In this document: piece by piece, positions 29,511 to 41,571 of the stretch
Position numbering within the stretch: the stretch's first letter is position 1
Layout of the letters: each line of letters opens with the position of its first letter
Assembly: GCA_044376115.1 (NCBI GenBank)
Contig: JBILLK010000029.1
Coordinates: 74,795-138,794, forward strand
Length of the DNA stretch: 64,000 nt
Direction of reading: 5' to 3'
Source of the DNA: Polyangiaceae bacterium
GTDB lineage: Bacteria > Myxococcota_A > Polyangia > Polyangiales > Polyangiaceae
Made by a program: the position numbers and the translations under genes
The notes under the pieces: model-generated
Told to the model about the DNA's origin: nothing
Seen by the model: only the letters and a program-made list of their open reading frames with translations
The model's database searches: none

Positions 29511-30887
29511 CTAACGAGCCAGCGGCAGCAAGACGGCCACGGTGGTTCCGCGTCCAAGCTCACTGGTCAAGCTCAGTTCTCCGCCCATCCGCGTGACCAA
29601 CTCGTGGGCGATCGCCAAACCGAGCCCGGCGCCCGAGCGCTCCTGGGGCCGCTCGAGCCCTTCGTCGGCCGTGGCGCGAGCTCGACCGCGCGCGGCGTCT
29701 ACGCGATAAAAGCGCTCGCTCAGCTTCGGCAGATGCTCGGCGGCGATGCCTGGGCCATCGTCGCTAATGGTGATTCGGCCGCGCCCGCCATGCTCATCCA
29801 CCACCAGGGAGACCTTCGTATTCGCGTACTTTAACGCATTATCGGTCAGCGCCCGCACAACTTGCCGCAGTCGAGCCAAGTTCGCCTGGGCGAAGACCGT
29901 CGAACCGCGGGCCTGCAGCTCGAGGGCGGTCTCTTGGGCCAGCGGCCCCAACTGCGCAGCGACCTCCTCCGCCACATCGAGCAACGGAGTTGGCGCGAGC
30001 TCGAGCGGCGTCTCGGCCGCGTCGAGCCGCGCAAGCTCGAGCATCACCGACAACAAATCCGACAGCTCCACCGCGTCCCGCCCCAACTGCCGTGCCTCCG
30101 CTCCGGCGGCGGTAGCAGCGCCTCCCAGCTCGGCCGTGAGCAGCTCAGCGCGGGCTCGAATCACGGCGACTGGCGTACGCAGCTCGTGGCTCGCATCTCC
30201 GATGAAACGCTGCTGGCGAGCGATTGACCGCTCGATCGGCCCCATCGCGCGGCCCGCCAAAAAGACGCTCGCCAGCGCGCCGAGCAGCAGCCCCAAAGCG
30301 CCGGTTGCGCCCAAAATCAGCTGCGTGCGTAGCACCGCTGATTGCGACTCGGCGGTCGGCTTGGCCAGCTGCAATACGCTGTCCACCCGGCCGTCAAAGC
30401 GTAGCGGCAGCGTATGGACCCGCATCGGAGCGCGCCCGACGACGCGGTCGCTGAAGCTGGCTTCACCGCGCAACGCCGCCGCGATCCCAGCTGGATCGGC
30501 GGGCTCGGAGAGCGGGGGACCACCATCGATGCGTTGGAGCTCGCCATCGCGGCCCCAGCTGACGATTAGCGGCGCCTCCGAGGCGACAAACACGTGCGTA
30601 GCTTCGGTTTGTGAGCTGGTGCGCGCGCGGCCTCGCTCGCGGTCTTCGTCGTCCTCGTCATCGTGCTCGCGATCGCGCCCTGAATGTCGCTCGCTGCGCT
30701 CATGCTCGATCAGCGCCCCAACGCGAACGCTGGCCGCCTGCAATTCCTGGTCGATGGCGCGGGCAGCAGAGCGCTGCGCCGAGAGCCCTGCCGCGCCCAA
30801 CGTGATGAGCAGCACAAGCGCGAACACCGCCAGATTGAGCGCGGCCAAGCGGTAGCGGATACGCCGCAGCTCACCCGTGGTGTTCAC
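29511..30887 (-). CDS. Sensor histidine kinase
   Basis: Two TM helices, DASHELRTP, DNALKY, DDGPGI, ERFYRVD, GAGLGLAI. Confidence 0.95.
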   Translation of the reverse strand: MNTTGELRRIRYRLAALNLAVFALVLLITLGAAGLSAQRSAARAIDQELQAASVRVGALIEHERSERHSGRDREHDDEDDEDRERGRARTSSQTEATHVFVASEAPLIVSWGRDGELQRIDGGPPLSEPADPAGIAAALRGEASFSDRVVGRAPMRVHTLPLRFDGRVDSVLQLAKPTAESQSAVLRTQLILGATGALGLLLGALASVFLAGRAMGPIERSIARQQRFIGDASHELRTPVAVIRARAELLTAELGGAATAAGAEARQLGRDAVELSDLLSVMLELARLDAAETPLELAPTPLLDVAEEVAAQLGPLAQETALELQARGSTVFAQANLARLRQVVRALTDNALKYANTKVSLVVDEHGGRGRITISDDGPGIAAEHLPKLSERFYRVDAARGRARATADEGLERPQERSGAGLGLAIAHELVTRMGGELSLTSELGRGTTVAVLLPLAR

Positions 30888-31553
30888 TCAGACGCCCAGT
30901 GCATAGCCCACACCGCGCACCGTTCTAATCAGTGGAGCCTTGCCCTTGGTGTCGATCTTGTCGCGCAAGTAGTGCACATAGGTATCGACGATGTTGCTGG
31001 TGCCTTCGAAGTCTTCCGGCCACACGGCCGCGAGGATCTGATCGCGCGTCAATACGCGACCAACGTTCTTCATCAGGTGCTCGAGCAGGACGAACTCGCG
31101 CGCCGTCAGCTCGATCGTCCGCGCGCCTCGCTTAGCTTCCCGACGCGCCGGGTCGAGCGAAAGATCGCCGAACCGCAGCACGGTCTCCCCTTCCGACTTG
31201 CGGCGCAAGAGCGCCCGCAAGCGCGCTGCGAGCTCCACGAAGGCGAACGGCTTTACGAGGTAATCATCCGCCCCCGCGTCGAGCCCTGCCACCCGGTCGT
31301 CGACGCTGTCACGGGCTGTAAGCATCAAGATCGGTGTGGCCACCTTCAGACGCTTGAGCCGCATACAGATTTCGAGGCCGCTCATGGTCGGTAACATCAC
31401 GTCGAGCAGCAGCACGTCGAAGGGGCTCGCCTTCGCGCGCTCGAAGCCGTCCGAGCCGTCCGCAACCGCCTCCACCTCATAGCCCTCGCGGACCAGGTTT
31501 CGCGTGAGGAGTTCACGCAGCCGAGGCTCATCTTCAACCACGAGGATACGCAC
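30888..31553 (-). CDS. OmpR-family response regulator
   Basis: ILVVEDE, LLDVMLP, LTARD, GADDYLVKPF, winged-helix IRTVRGVGY. Confidence 0.95.
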   Translation of the reverse strand: MRILVVEDEPRLRELLTRNLVREGYEVEAVADGSDGFERAKASPFDVLLLDVMLPTMSGLEICMRLKRLKVATPILMLTARDSVDDRVAGLDAGADDYLVKPFAFVELAARLRALLRRKSEGETVLRFGDLSLDPARREAKRGARTIELTAREFVLLEHLMKNVGRVLTRDQILAAVWPEDFEGTSNIVDTYVHYLRDKIDTKGKAPLIRTVRGVGYALGV

Positions 31554-31583
31554 AACGTCACGCTACCACCGCCCAAAGAACTT

Positions 31584-31602
31584 GCATGAGAGGGCTCTCA
31601 TC
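31584..31602. promoter_or_regulatory. Putative operator GCATGAGA-N4-TCTCATC (copy 1)
   Basis: Palindromic; near-identical copy at 34061-34079; both end 43 nt before an ATG. Confidence 0.65.
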
Positions 31603-31645
31603 TTGCTCCCAACCAGCGCTCAACATCGCTGACTACGGTTGCTTC

Positions 31646-32022
<377 letters not shown>

Positions 32023-32023
<1 letters not shown>

Positions 32024-32865
32024 TGGCCAGCTTTCGCGCTATGTCGACGCAGGTCAATCTGCTCTGCCCAACGCAAACGGCGCGCGAGGAGCAGCTGCTT
32101 GCGCACTTCGTCGCAGAGCTATTTCAGGCTGCCGAGAGTCGGTTTAGCCGCTTCCGCGCGGACAGCGAGCTTTCACGGTTGAACCGTGACGCCGAGCTGC
32201 AAACCTCCGCGCAGCTCAGCGCAGCGCTCGCGCGCGCCGAGCAATACCGGCTGTTAACCGCTGGGCTCTTCGATATTCGTGTCGGCCAGGCGCTGACTCG
32301 CTGCGGCTACGACCGCTCTTTCCAACCCGGTGCTTTGGATCGCGCCGAGCCGCCGGGCCCACCCGAGCCCGAGCCGTCTCGCTCGCTCGACCTCGGCGGC
32401 ATGATCAAGGGCCACGCCGTGGATTGCGCGCGGGCGCTGCTGCCAGCTTGCAGCGTGCTCGACGCGGGTGGCGATCTCGCGCTCGTTGGTGCGGGGCCGG
32501 ATGGTCGAGGTTGGCCGGTGGAGATCGAAGATCCGCGCAACCCCGAGGCTACGCTCGTGACGCTTCGACTCGCCGACTGTGCTGTCGCAACCAGCGCAGC
32601 CAATAGGCGGAGCTGGCAGCGAGCGGGCAAGCGCCAACACCACCTGATCGATCCGCGCACCCAACGACCGAGTCAGTCCGACCTGCTGCAGGCCACGGTA
32701 GTGGCACGCTCGACCGAGCTAGCCGAGGTCTTGGCCAAAGCGGCGTTCATCGGCGGTAGCGAGGTTGCGCGTCGTTTGATGCGTGCATGCGACACGCAAG
32801 GCGTATTCGTCCGCGAAGACGGGTCTTGGTTCGCGATCGGCGAGTTGGAGGTGGACCGTGGCTAA
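32023..32865 (+). CDS. apbE: FAD:protein FMN transferase (ApbE)
   Basis: FRAMST, FSRFRADSELSRLN, LDLGGMIKG, DAGGDL, AVATS, HHLIDPRT, AEVLAK. Confidence 0.92.
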
Positions 32866-33397
32866 CGGCCTTTGGATCGCGACGCGCGCGCTTGGGATAA
32901 CCGCCTATCTACTGCTCTCGATCGCGATGCTGGTTGGGCTCAGCCTCTCCACGCGAACAACGCCGCGCAGCAAGCTGGTGAGTCCCTTGGCGTTGCACCG
33001 CGCCCTCTCGCTCCTGGCGATCCTAACTACGCTGGGCCACGCAGGACTGCTGCTATTTGATAAGAAGGTAGCGTTTGGTCTGGGCGAGCTGCTCATTCCG
33101 CTCCGCAGCAGCTATAGGCCATTCGCGGTCGGTCTCGGCACGGTGGCACTCTACCTGCTGCTGCTTTTGGAATTGAGTCAGCACGCGCGCAAGTGGCTTG
33201 GCCAGGCCGCCTGGCGAACCATGCACGCCTTGACCTTCGTGCTCTATCTCGCAGCCACCTTCCACGGCATTAGCGCTGGTACCGACTCAGCCCGGCCCGC
33301 CCTTTGGCTGCTCTACCTCGGCTCCGCGACGCTCATCAGCGGGATGCTCTTCTTGAGGCTGTTCCGCTTGGTGGTCCCGCTGCGAACAGGCGGCTGA
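32858..33397 (+). CDS. Ferric-reductase-like transmembrane (MsrQ-like heme b) protein
   Basis: WIATRALG, LHRALS, TLGH, YRPFAVGLG, WRTMH, FHG..GTD; heme-ligand-like His residues. Confidence 0.85.
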   Translation: MANGLWIATRALGITAYLLLSIAMLVGLSLSTRTTPRSKLVSPLALHRALSLLAILTTLGHAGLLLFDKKVAFGLGELLIPLRSSYRPFAVGLGTVALYLLLLLELSQHARKWLGQAAWRTMHALTFVLYLAATFHGISAGTDSARPALWLLYLGSATLISGMLFLRLFRLVVPLRTGG

Positions 33398-33401
33398 AGG
33401 A

Positions 33402-34010
33402 TCAATCCCAACGAGCTCGACAGCATGCGCTGACGTCCGTGAGCGTCTCCACCTCACCAACGAAGTTGCGAGCACCCGCCACCTCACAGGCAGCGCCCCA
33501 GGCTTTGGTGATGTTGTCGACGATGCTGGCCGTGTAGAGCCGAAACGGAGAATCGATCTGAACCGTGGCGGAGCCTTTCGCTTGTGCCACCACTCGCAGC
33601 TCAGTACCTCGACGAAAGGCTCGCCAGCGATTGGCTGAGCCCGACAAGATCCGCTCCGGGCCAACGAGGCGAAAGAGCACTGCATACAAGGGCGAGCGCA
33701 TCAGCCGACGGTTGCGCGCTTCCACCCAGGCCGAGAGCACGTCGGGCGCCAGCTGCTCTTCATGGGCCATCAGCAGTGCGTTGAACGACACCTCCGAGAC
33801 CCATGCATTGGGCAACGGAGGTTCATCGAGCAGGGCGACAAGCGGAGCTGGCAAGCCCTCTCGGACGAACGGCACCGGCGTCGAGCCCAACATGCTCGCT
33901 AAGATCGACCCCTTGACCTGGCACTGCGGGTGGGAGTCGAGCCCATCGGGGAGACGGCTCAGGTACTCGGCTGCTTTGGGGTATCGACGTGCATCCACCG
34001 CAGACAACAT
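33402..34010 (-). CDS. Hypothetical protein (myxobacterial DUF2378-like)
   Basis: 202-aa ORF; VKG..PLPNAWV..W pattern only loosely recognised. Confidence 0.55.
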   Translation of the reverse strand: MLSAVDARRYPKAAEYLSRLPDGLDSHPQCQVKGSILASMLGSTPVPFVREGLPAPLVALLDEPPLPNAWVSEVSFNALLMAHEEQLAPDVLSAWVEARNRRLMRSPLYAVLFRLVGPERILSGSANRWRAFRRGTELRVVAQAKGSATVQIDSPFRLYTASIVDNITKAWGAACEVAGARNFVGEVETLTDVSACCRARWD

Positions 34011-34060
34011 TCCGGATCAAGGTACGGCACGACGAGCCAAAGCATGAGGACAAAGTCGTC

Positions 34061-34079
34061 GCATGAGAAGCCTCTCATC
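34061..34079. promoter_or_regulatory. Putative operator GCATGAGA-N4-TCTCATC (copy 2)
   Basis: GCATGAGAAGCCTCTCATC; extra GCATGAG half-site at 34042. Confidence 0.65.
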
Positions 34080-34122
34080 AAACGCACAGTCGATACTCAA
34101 TCAGCGGCCGCATGCTCGAACC

Positions 34123-34833
34123 ATGAAGCAGAACATCCTGGTATGGGACCTTCCAACCCGCCTCTTTCACTGGCTCTTGGCGGCGAGTGTGCTCGGGGCC
34201 TTCGCCATTGGTTCGCTCGTTGATGACGATAGCCCGGGCTTTTCGCTGCACATGCTGCTCGGCGCGCTCGCCGCGTTCATGGTGCTATTGCGAGTGATTT
34301 GGGGGCTCGTCGGCTCACGCTACGCTCGCCTGTCGGCGTTGAGTCTGAGTCCAATGGCGGTAATTGACTACTTCCGAGGCATGCTGAAAAAGAGCGATCG
34401 ACGCTGGCTAGGGCACAACCCTGGCTCGAGCGTCGCCATCGTAGCCATGGTGCTGCTGGTGCTCGCCGTGGCTGGGAGCGGGGCGCTGATGGGCTCGTAT
34501 CACGCACTCGAGGAGCTTCATGAGATCCTCGCCTATACGCTCATGGCCACCGTCGTCGGCCACGTTGCAGGCGTCCTCCTTCACACGGTTCGGCACCGTG
34601 AGAACCTCCCATTGGCGATGCTCGATGGGCGCAAACAAGGCGCCCCGAAGGACGCCATTCCGTCGAGTCACCCGCTGGTTGCGCTCGGCTTCCTCGGCTT
34701 GACGGCGGCCTTTGGCTTGGCCCTGATCCAAGGTTACAGCCGTACCGACGGCACCGTTCGCCTGCCCCTGCTGGGGACCACGCTCACGTTGGGAGAGGGC
34801 GCTGAGCAGGGCGAGGCCGAGGACGACGATTGA
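34123..34833 (+). CDS. Cytochrome b/b6 domain protein (Ni/Fe-hydrogenase cytochrome b-like)
   Basis: VWDLPTRLFHW, LHM..G, RVIWGLVGSRYAR, GHNP, ELHE, GHVAGV, ENL..AMLDG. Confidence 0.88.
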   Translation: MKQNILVWDLPTRLFHWLLAASVLGAFAIGSLVDDDSPGFSLHMLLGALAAFMVLLRVIWGLVGSRYARLSALSLSPMAVIDYFRGMLKKSDRRWLGHNPGSSVAIVAMVLLVLAVAGSGALMGSYHALEELHEILAYTLMATVVGHVAGVLLHTVRHRENLPLAMLDGRKQGAPKDAIPSSHPLVALGFLGLTAAFGLALIQGYSRTDGTVRLPLLGTTLTLGEGAEQGEAEDDD

Positions 34834-34852
34834 GGGCTGGCCCAACGATCCG

Positions 34853-35518
34853 TCAGGTCAGCAGCCCTCGTATCTGCTGCACCGACTGCTCGGCCTCCTC
34901 CGCCGGCAGTGCCTCGGTCACGCGGAACGCTGCGCCCTCGCGATGCACGAGCCATACCTCCTGCAGGCCGAGCTGCCACGGTCTGAGCTCCACCGCTGCG
35001 AGCGCCTCGAGCGAGAACGTCGCGCTCGTGCGCTTCGAGAAATCACGAATCGCCCGCAACTCGATCTGATCGCCCTGACGACGGAGCCGAACCGGCACCA
35101 GCCAGAGCAACACGATCCGCGCGATTACCTGCACTGAACACCAGGCAAACAGCGCCGCTAGCGTGGCTGTGATGATGTAGATCAGCCCGTCACGGATCGA
35201 TGGACTTCCCCACACAATCACCGCCCCCAGCGGGACGAACAGCAGGCACCCAAGCGCGAACGGCAACAGCACCAGCAACACGAACGCGAGCGATATGCCC
35301 GAGGGCCGCCAGGTAAGCGACTGCTTGTCGCTGCCTGCGAGTGCGATCGACTGCGAGTGTTCGCGCAGCGTTGGATCACTGCACCACTCCAACCCGCAGC
35401 GCTCACAGCTCCAAAAGGAACGCCAGCCACTGTTGGGTCGCGGCGAGCGATACGACTCGCTCGCCGGCCCATCGCAATGAGCGCATGCTCGCAGAGAGGC
35501 GTCCTGCTTCACACGCAT
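34853..35518 (-). CDS. Hypothetical membrane protein with N-terminal CxxC..CxxC
   Basis: CAHC..CERC followed by two TM helices. Confidence 0.55.
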   Translation of the reverse strand: MRVKQDASLRACAHCDGPASESYRSPRPNSGWRSFWSCERCGLEWCSDPTLREHSQSIALAGSDKQSLTWRPSGISLAFVLLVLLPFALGCLLFVPLGAVIVWGSPSIRDGLIYIITATLAALFAWCSVQVIARIVLLWLVPVRLRRQGDQIELRAIRDFSKRTSATFSLEALAAVELRPWQLGLQEVWLVHREGAAFRVTEALPAEEAEQSVQQIRGLLT

Positions 35519-35563
35519 AGGCCAGCAAGCCTAGCGGCTTCGACGCAGGACGCCAGGCTCGAC

Positions 35564-36178
35564 TTACTGCAGAGCAGCCATCGCAGCGTGACCCTTTTGC
35601 ACGTGCTCGTTGGCCTTGATGCCATCGAAGTAGGCCTGAGCGTTCGCCGGCAGCGTGATGCCGAGGAAGCCCGTCCACGAGAGCACGATGTAGGCGTAGA
35701 GATCGGCGGCGCTGAGCGACTTGCCGTTGAGGAAGCTCTTCTTGCCACCGTCGAGGCGGACCATGAGCTTCTCGATGCGACGCAGGGCGTTCGCCACGGC
35801 GCCCTCACGGGCCTCCGGGCTCAGCGTGGGGTTGAACAGCGCGCCAACACCGGTGTGCAGCTCGCTCGCGACGAAGGCCACATCATTGAGGTACGCGTAG
35901 CGCTCGATCGTTCCCTCTTTGGGCGACAAACCAGCGTTGCCGTGGTCCGCGAGGTAGGTCAGCGTGGCGACGTTCTCGTTGAGGATCGTACCATCGGCGA
36001 AGGCGATGGTGGGGACGTTGCCCTTCGGGTTGACGGCGTAGAAATCTGCGCCCGACTTGGTCTTGTGGGTCGCGAGATCAACCGTCTCCGAGTCGAAGGT
36101 GAGGCCGCCGATGGAGGCCGCGAGGAAGTTGGCTGCGCCGCAGCTGGTGGGTGTGTAGTAGAGCTTGAACGAGGTCAT
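35564..36178 (-). CDS. Glutathione S-transferase (beta-class-like)
   Basis: KLYYTPTSC, VNPKGNVP, SELH, LSAADLY. Confidence 0.9.
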   Translation of the reverse strand: MTSFKLYYTPTSCGAANFLAASIGGLTFDSETVDLATHKTKSGADFYAVNPKGNVPTIAFADGTILNENVATLTYLADHGNAGLSPKEGTIERYAYLNDVAFVASELHTGVGALFNPTLSPEAREGAVANALRRIEKLMVRLDGGKKSFLNGKSLSAADLYAYIVLSWTGFLGITLPANAQAYFDGIKANEHVQKGHAAMAALQ

Positions 36179-36277
36179 GGCGCGCAAGGTAGCTGGGCTT
36201 ACGCCGCTGGGTACAGCCAGAGTCGAAACTCACTGTTCAAATAGTGCGACAATCGACCTGGTCTCGGGCCGGCACTC

Positions 36278-39200
36278 CTAGCCGCGGCCCAACACCAGCC
36301 CGGTAGCCGTCTTCTTCTTGCGCAGCTCCTCCGGCGTACAGGCCGCGACCAGCGTTCCGCCGCCGGTTCCGCCGCCCGGGCCAAGCTCAATCACCCAATC
36401 GGCCGCCGCGATCACCGAAGGGTGATGCTCGATCACTACCACGGTATCCCCGCGGTCCACCAGGTGGCCGAGCACGCCCATCAGCTTGGCCACGTCGCTC
36501 GTATGCAGGCCGGTGGTGGGCTCGTCCAGAAGGTAGAGCGTTGCACCCTGGCGCGAAGCCGAACCCAGCTCCGCGGCCAACTTCAGCCGCTGCGCCTCTC
36601 CGCCGGAGAGCGTGTGGGAGCCCTGCCCGAGCTTCAAGTAGCCAATACCGAGCTCGACCATGTACTCGAGCGGCCGGGCAATCTTCGAATGGGCGGCAAA
36701 CACGCCCAACGCCTCTTCCGCCGATAGATCCAGCACGCCGCCAATCGAGTAGCCGGACCAGGTCAGCTCCAGCGCCGCCGCGTCGAAGCGTAGCCCATTG
36801 CAGGCCAAACAAGGCGTCACCACGTCGGGGAGGAAGCTCATCTCGTGCGAGACGCTGCCCTGCCCCTGACAAGCTTCGCAGCGCCCGCCGCTCGCCGTAT
36901 TGAAGGAGAAATAGGCCGGCCCACGGCCGCGCATCTTGGCTTCCCTGTTGAGCGCGAACACCTTACGAATCGCGTCGTAGATACCTAAGTAGGTTGCCGG
37001 CACCGAGCGCGGCGTGCGACCGATCGGCGATTGGTCGACGAACAGCGCCCGCGCCAGCGACTTGGGCACCACAGCCTTGTCATGTGCGCCCGGCTTCTCG
37101 GTAACGAGCTTTTGCGCCTTGCGCACCGCTGGGCCCAAGATGCGCGTAACCAAGCTGCTCTTGCCCGAGCCGCTGACGCCGCACACCACCGTCAAGCGCC
37201 CCACGGGGAAGCTCACCTTGTCGATCTTGAGGTTGTTCTCGCGAGCCCCGAGGATGTCCACGGTCTCGGCCGGTTTGCCCACGAGCTTCTTGCGCGCGAG
37301 CGACGTCGCGGCCTCGGCGAAGGCGCGCGCAGTCGGCGAAGCTGGGTCGCGCAGCACCACGCTCGGTGCACCTTGCGCCATCACCCGCCCCCCACCAAAA
37401 CCGCCGGTCGGCCCGAGATCGATCAGGTGGTCCGCCGCGCGGATCATCTCAGCGTCATGCTCGACCACCAGCACGGTGCTGCCCGCCTCTGCGAGCTTGC
37501 GTAGATTACTAAGTAAAAGATGCGTATCCCGCGGGTGCAACCCGATCGTTGGTTCATCCAAGACGTAGAGCGCGCCGGTGAGACCGCTGCCCAACTGGGC
37601 GGCTAGCCGCAGCCGCTGCATCTCGCCGCCGGAGAGCGACCCGGCCGGCCGGTCCAGCGTCAGATAGCCAAGCCCCACCGACAAGACGAACTGCAGCCGA
37701 CGCACGAGCTCGGCTTGTGGTGGCGCTGCGAGCTGCAGCTTCTGGCCGGTGAAGACCAACGCGCCGGCCCAGCGAGCCGCGCTCTCCAGATCCAGCTGCG
37801 CGACATCGTGATAACGCCGCCCGGCCAAACGCTGAGCGCGCGGCAGCGGCGAGAGCCGCGAACCATCACAAGCCGAACACGGAGGGCTGTGCGGGTCCTC
37901 TTTATCCTCCTTACCGCAGCCCTCGCAAATAGCGCATTGACCCTGCTTGGTATTGAAGGAGAACCAGCGCGGATCGAGCTCGGGAATGCTGTCCCCGCAG
38001 GACGGGCAAACCCGCGCGGTGGAGATGCGACGCGGCAACGCCTTGCCCTTCGGTACCACGCGCACAGCGCCTTTGCCGAGCCGCAGCGCTTGCTCGAAGC
38101 GCGGGCGCTCGAGGCCGGACGCAAGCCCCTCGAACAAAACGAACTCGATCGTATGCTCTTCGCTCTTTTTCAGCTTGGGCGGCGGCTCAATCGCGCGACG
38201 CGTACCGTCGACGATGGCCTCGCTAACGCCTTGGAGGGCGGCCTCGACGAACAGATCGGCGTAGAGACCCTTTCGGCCCTCTACCGCTGGCGATAACAAT
38301 GTAAAAGCGCCAACCGTAGCCCGCGCGTCCTCGAAGGCCGCATCGGAGCTGCGGGTCTCGATCGATACATCGCACTTGGGGCAGGTGGGCTCGCCAGCCT
38401 TGGCGTAGAGCAGCCGCAGATAATGCGCTATCTCGGTCACTGTCGCGACCGTCGAGTTGGCGCCAGTTCTTGTGGTGCGCTGCTCCAATGCAATCGGCGG
38501 CGGCACGCCGAGCACCCGCTCGACGTTGGGCTTTTGCATCGTCGGTAGGAACTGCCGCGCATAGGGCGTCAGCGTCTCCAAGAAGCGACGCTGCCCTTCG
38601 GCGAACACCACATCGAAGGTGAGCGTGCTCTTGCCCGAACCGCTGGGGCCGGTCACCACGGTGACCTTGCCGTGCGGGATGTCCACGCTGACGTTCTTGA
38701 GGTTGTGCTCCCGCGCACCCTCCACCGAAATCACCGCCGGCAGCGGCGGCCGCTTTCGAACCGCGTGCGAGGCCGCCAAGCCACCGCCTTGCTCAGCCAA
38801 GGCCCGCGCTTCATCGAGCGAAACGCGCGTCTTTGTATTGGCCTCGAGCAGCTTGCTCGGTGGCCCTTCGAATACAAGCTTGCCGCCCTCTTTGCCGCCG
38901 CCCGGCCCCAGCTCGACAATCCAATCGGCCGCGGCGATCAGCGCCAAATCGTGATCCACCACCACCACGCTACCGCCGCCCTGAACCAGCGCGCGCAGCG
39001 CCGCGACCACCGCCTTCACCTCGTCGGCGTGCAAGCCCGCGCTGGGCTCATCGAAGAGGAACAGCTGGTTCTGCTTGGACTCGGTGAGCGCGCGAGCGAG
39101 CTTCAAGCGCTGGGCCTCGCCGCCGGAGAGCGTTGAGAGCGGCTGGCCTAAGCTCAGATAGCCAAGCCCGAGTTTGGCCAGCGGCCCGAGCGCGCGAATG

Positions 39201-41560
39201 ATCGCAGGGTCTGCGGCGAAGAAGCTCAGCGCCTCATCCACCGTCATCGCCAAGACGTCGGAAACTGATTTTTCTCGGTGGGTGATCTTGAGCACCTCGG
39301 GAGAGAAGCGCTTGCCCCCACACGAAGCGCAAACCAGCGTGACGTCGGCTAGGAACTGCATCTCCACCGTCTCCGAGCCCTCGCCCGAACAAGCGTCACA
39401 GCGGCCGCCCGCCACGTTGAAAGAGAAGTACGCCGGGCCAAACTTCATCGCCGCGGCGGCGGGCTCACTCGAGAACAACGTACGAATCCGACTCCACGCC
39501 GCCGAGTAGGTAGCGGCGTTGCCACGCGAGGTGCGCCCGAGCGGAGATTGGTCCACCAGCAAGACGCCTTTGAGCTCCTCGATACCGCTGATGCCTTCAT
39601 GGGCGAGCGGAGGCTCCACGTCGGTCTCGCCCAGTTGACGCGCCACCGTGCGGTAAATCACCTGCTCCACCAGCGAGCTTTTGCCCGAGCCACTCGCGCC
39701 GGTGACCAACACGAAGCGGTCGAGCGGCAGCTCTAGCGAGAGCCCGTCGAGGTTGTTGCCCCGGATGCGCTTGATGCCGAGGGAGCGCGCTTTGCCGGCG
39801 ACGCGAGGAGTCGTGGCGGCGGGCGGTAATACAGCAGTAAGCGCGCGATAAGTCGCTGAGTTCGGGTCTCGCAGGAGCTCCTGCGGCGAGCCGTCGAACA
39901 ATAGCTTCCCGCCGAGCGGGCCAGCCCCCGGACCAAGCTCGACGATGCGGTCGGCCGCGAGCAAGAAGGCAGGATCATGCTCGATCACGACCACCACGTT
40001 GCCGCGTTCACAGAGCTTCTGCGTGGCGCGCACGAGCGGCGCTACATCGCTCGCGTGCAGCCCGACTGTAGGCTCATCCAAGACGAACAGCGCCCCGGTC
40101 AGCGCGCTGCCTAGCGCCGCCGTGAGCGACACGCGCTGGGCCTCGCCGCCGGAGAGAGTGCGCGCTTGGCGATCGAGCGTGAGGTAGCCCAGCCCGACCT
40201 CGGCGAGATAGCCCAGCCGTGAACCGAGCTCGCGCGCCGCGATCTTTCCCTCCGCCGTACGCAGCTCCATACGCTCGAGCAGCGCGTGGGCCTCGCGCAC
40301 CTCGAGCGCGTGGAACTGTCCGAGATCCAGCCCCGCGACGCGGTACAAAAGCGACTCAGCCGATAGCCGCTTACCGTGGCACACGGCGCACGGATCGTAG
40401 CTGCGATAGCGCGATAAAAGCACGCGCACGTGCATCTTGTAGCTCTTGGTGAGCAGCCACTCGAACCACTTCTTTACGCCTGGATAGCGGCCCGCCGTCC
40501 AGCTCCCCTCGCCTTCGAGCACGCCCTTCTTCTGCGCCTCGCTGAGGCTGCTCCACGGCCGATTGGTGGGGATACCCTGTTTGGCGCAATACTTGAGTAG
40601 CGTCTTTCGCTCGTATTCGGAGGTCTTGCCGCTCCAAGCGCGGATCACACCGTCTTCAATCGACAGCGCATGATTGGGGATCACCTTGTCCCAGTCGATG
40701 CCCACCGTGCGACCAAAGCCGCGACATTCGGGACAAGCGCCGAGCGGCGATTGATAGGAGAACAGCGCTGGCGCGCCCGCGCGAAAGGCCTTGCTGCAGG
40801 AAGGACAGGAGAGCCCAGCAGCAAACTTTATCGTCTTATCGCCATCGGCCAGGTGCACCTCCGCGGTGCGACTCTGCTTCCACGCCGACTCGATGGCCTC
40901 GGCCAGACGGTTGCGCTCGCTGGGCGACGCCTTCACCCGGTCGGTCAGTACGCCGAGCAGGCCTTTGCCTTCCTCGAGCACGGCCGAGGGCGCCAGCGTA
41001 TCCAAGTCACGCACCTGGCCGGCGACGCGCACACGCACATAACCGAGCGCGGTCAGACGTTCACGGGCGTCGAGGTAGAGCTCCGCGCTGTCGAGCCGCA
41101 TCGGGTAGGTCACCACCACGCGCTGCCCCGGGTGCTCGCGGATCACCCGCTCGGCGGAGGCCAGGGGATCCATCCGCTCGGCATACACACCGCAATCGGT
41201 GCATAGCGGCATCGCCTCGCAGGCGTAGAGCGCCGAAAGGTAGGGCTCGAGATCGGCCATGGTGGCGACGTTGGAGCGCGAGCTGCGCACCGGCGCACGC
41301 CGGTCTACGGCAACACCCGCGGCGATCGGATCGAGCGACTCCATCGGCGGGCGGTCCAAACGCTCGAGGAACTGCCGCGCATAAGGCGAGAAGCTCTCGA
41401 CGAAACGACGCTGACCTTCGGCGTACAGCGTATCGAGCGCGAGCGAGGATTTGCCGGCGCCGCTTGGCCCAGCCAGGACCACAAGCTGCCCTGGCTCCAA
41501 GGTCAGCGAGACGTCTTTGAGGTTGTGCGTGCGAGCCTTCAGCAGGCGAATCGGCAACAT
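36278..41560 (-). CDS. uvrA: Excinuclease ABC subunit A, tandem-duplicated (1760 aa)
   Basis: Four ABC ATPase domains ([36 protein letters not shown]), LSGGE motifs, [13 protein letters not shown], CxxC fingers. Confidence 0.95.
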   Translation of the reverse strand: MLPIRLLKARTHNLKDVSLTLEPGQLVVLAGPSGAGKSSLALDTLYAEGQRRFVESFSPYARQFLERLDRPPMESLDPIAAGVAVDRRAPVRSSRSNVATMADLEPYLSALYACEAMPLCTDCGVYAERMDPLASAERVIREHPGQRVVVTYPMRLDSAELYLDARERLTALGYVRVRVAGQVRDLDTLAPSAVLEEGKGLLGVLTDRVKASPSERNRLAEAIESAWKQSRTAEVHLADGDKTIKFAAGLSCPSCSKAFRAGAPALFSYQSPLGACPECRGFGRTVGIDWDKVIPNHALSIEDGVIRAWSGKTSEYERKTLLKYCAKQGIPTNRPWSSLSEAQKKGVLEGEGSWTAGRYPGVKKWFEWLLTKSYKMHVRVLLSRYRSYDPCAVCHGKRLSAESLLYRVAGLDLGQFHALEVREAHALLERMELRTAEGKIAARELGSRLGYLAEVGLGYLTLDRQARTLSGGEAQRVSLTAALGSALTGALFVLDEPTVGLHASDVAPLVRATQKLCERGNVVVVIEHDPAFLLAADRIVELGPGAGPLGGKLLFDGSPQELLRDPNSATYRALTAVLPPAATTPRVAGKARSLGIKRIRGNNLDGLSLELPLDRFVLVTGASGSGKSSLVEQVIYRTVARQLGETDVEPPLAHEGISGIEELKGVLLVDQSPLGRTSRGNAATYSAAWSRIRTLFSSEPAAAAMKFGPAYFSFNVAGGRCDACSGEGSETVEMQFLADVTLVCASCGGKRFSPEVLKITHREKSVSDVLAMTVDEALSFFAADPAIIRALGPLAKLGLGYLSLGQPLSTLSGGEAQRLKLARALTESKQNQLFLFDEPSAGLHADEVKAVVAALRALVQGGGSVVVVDHDLALIAAADWIVELGPGGGKEGGKLVFEGPPSKLLEANTKTRVSLDEARALAEQGGGLAASHAVRKRPPLPAVISVEGAREHNLKNVSVDIPHGKVTVVTGPSGSGKSTLTFDVVFAEGQRRFLETLTPYARQFLPTMQKPNVERVLGVPPPIALEQRTTRTGANSTVATVTEIAHYLRLLYAKAGEPTCPKCDVSIETRSSDAAFEDARATVGAFTLLSPAVEGRKGLYADLFVEAALQGVSEAIVDGTRRAIEPPPKLKKSEEHTIEFVLFEGLASGLERPRFEQALRLGKGAVRVVPKGKALPRRISTARVCPSCGDSIPELDPRWFSFNTKQGQCAICEGCGKEDKEDPHSPPCSACDGSRLSPLPRAQRLAGRRYHDVAQLDLESAARWAGALVFTGQKLQLAAPPQAELVRRLQFVLSVGLGYLTLDRPAGSLSGGEMQRLRLAAQLGSGLTGALYVLDEPTIGLHPRDTHLLLSNLRKLAEAGSTVLVVEHDAEMIRAADHLIDLGPTGGFGGGRVMAQGAPSVVLRDPASPTARAFAEAATSLARKKLVGKPAETVDILGARENNLKIDKVSFPVGRLTVVCGVSGSGKSSLVTRILGPAVRKAQKLVTEKPGAHDKAVVPKSLARALFVDQSPIGRTPRSVPATYLGIYDAIRKVFALNREAKMRGRGPAYFSFNTASGGRCEACQGQGSVSHEMSFLPDVVTPCLACNGLRFDAAALELTWSGYSIGGVLDLSAEEALGVFAAHSKIARPLEYMVELGIGYLKLGQGSHTLSGGEAQRLKLAAELGSASRQGATLYLLDEPTTGLHTSDVAKLMGVLGHLVDRGDTVVVIEHHPSVIAAADWVIELGPGGGTGGGTLVAACTPEELRKKKTATGLVLGRG

Positions 41561-41571
41561 GGGATGGCCCT

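Noticed and set aside
36228..36250. CACT-N8-AGTG palindrome upstream of GST as an HxlR-type operator
   Set aside because: Short, single copy, no cognate regulator in the window; too weak to call
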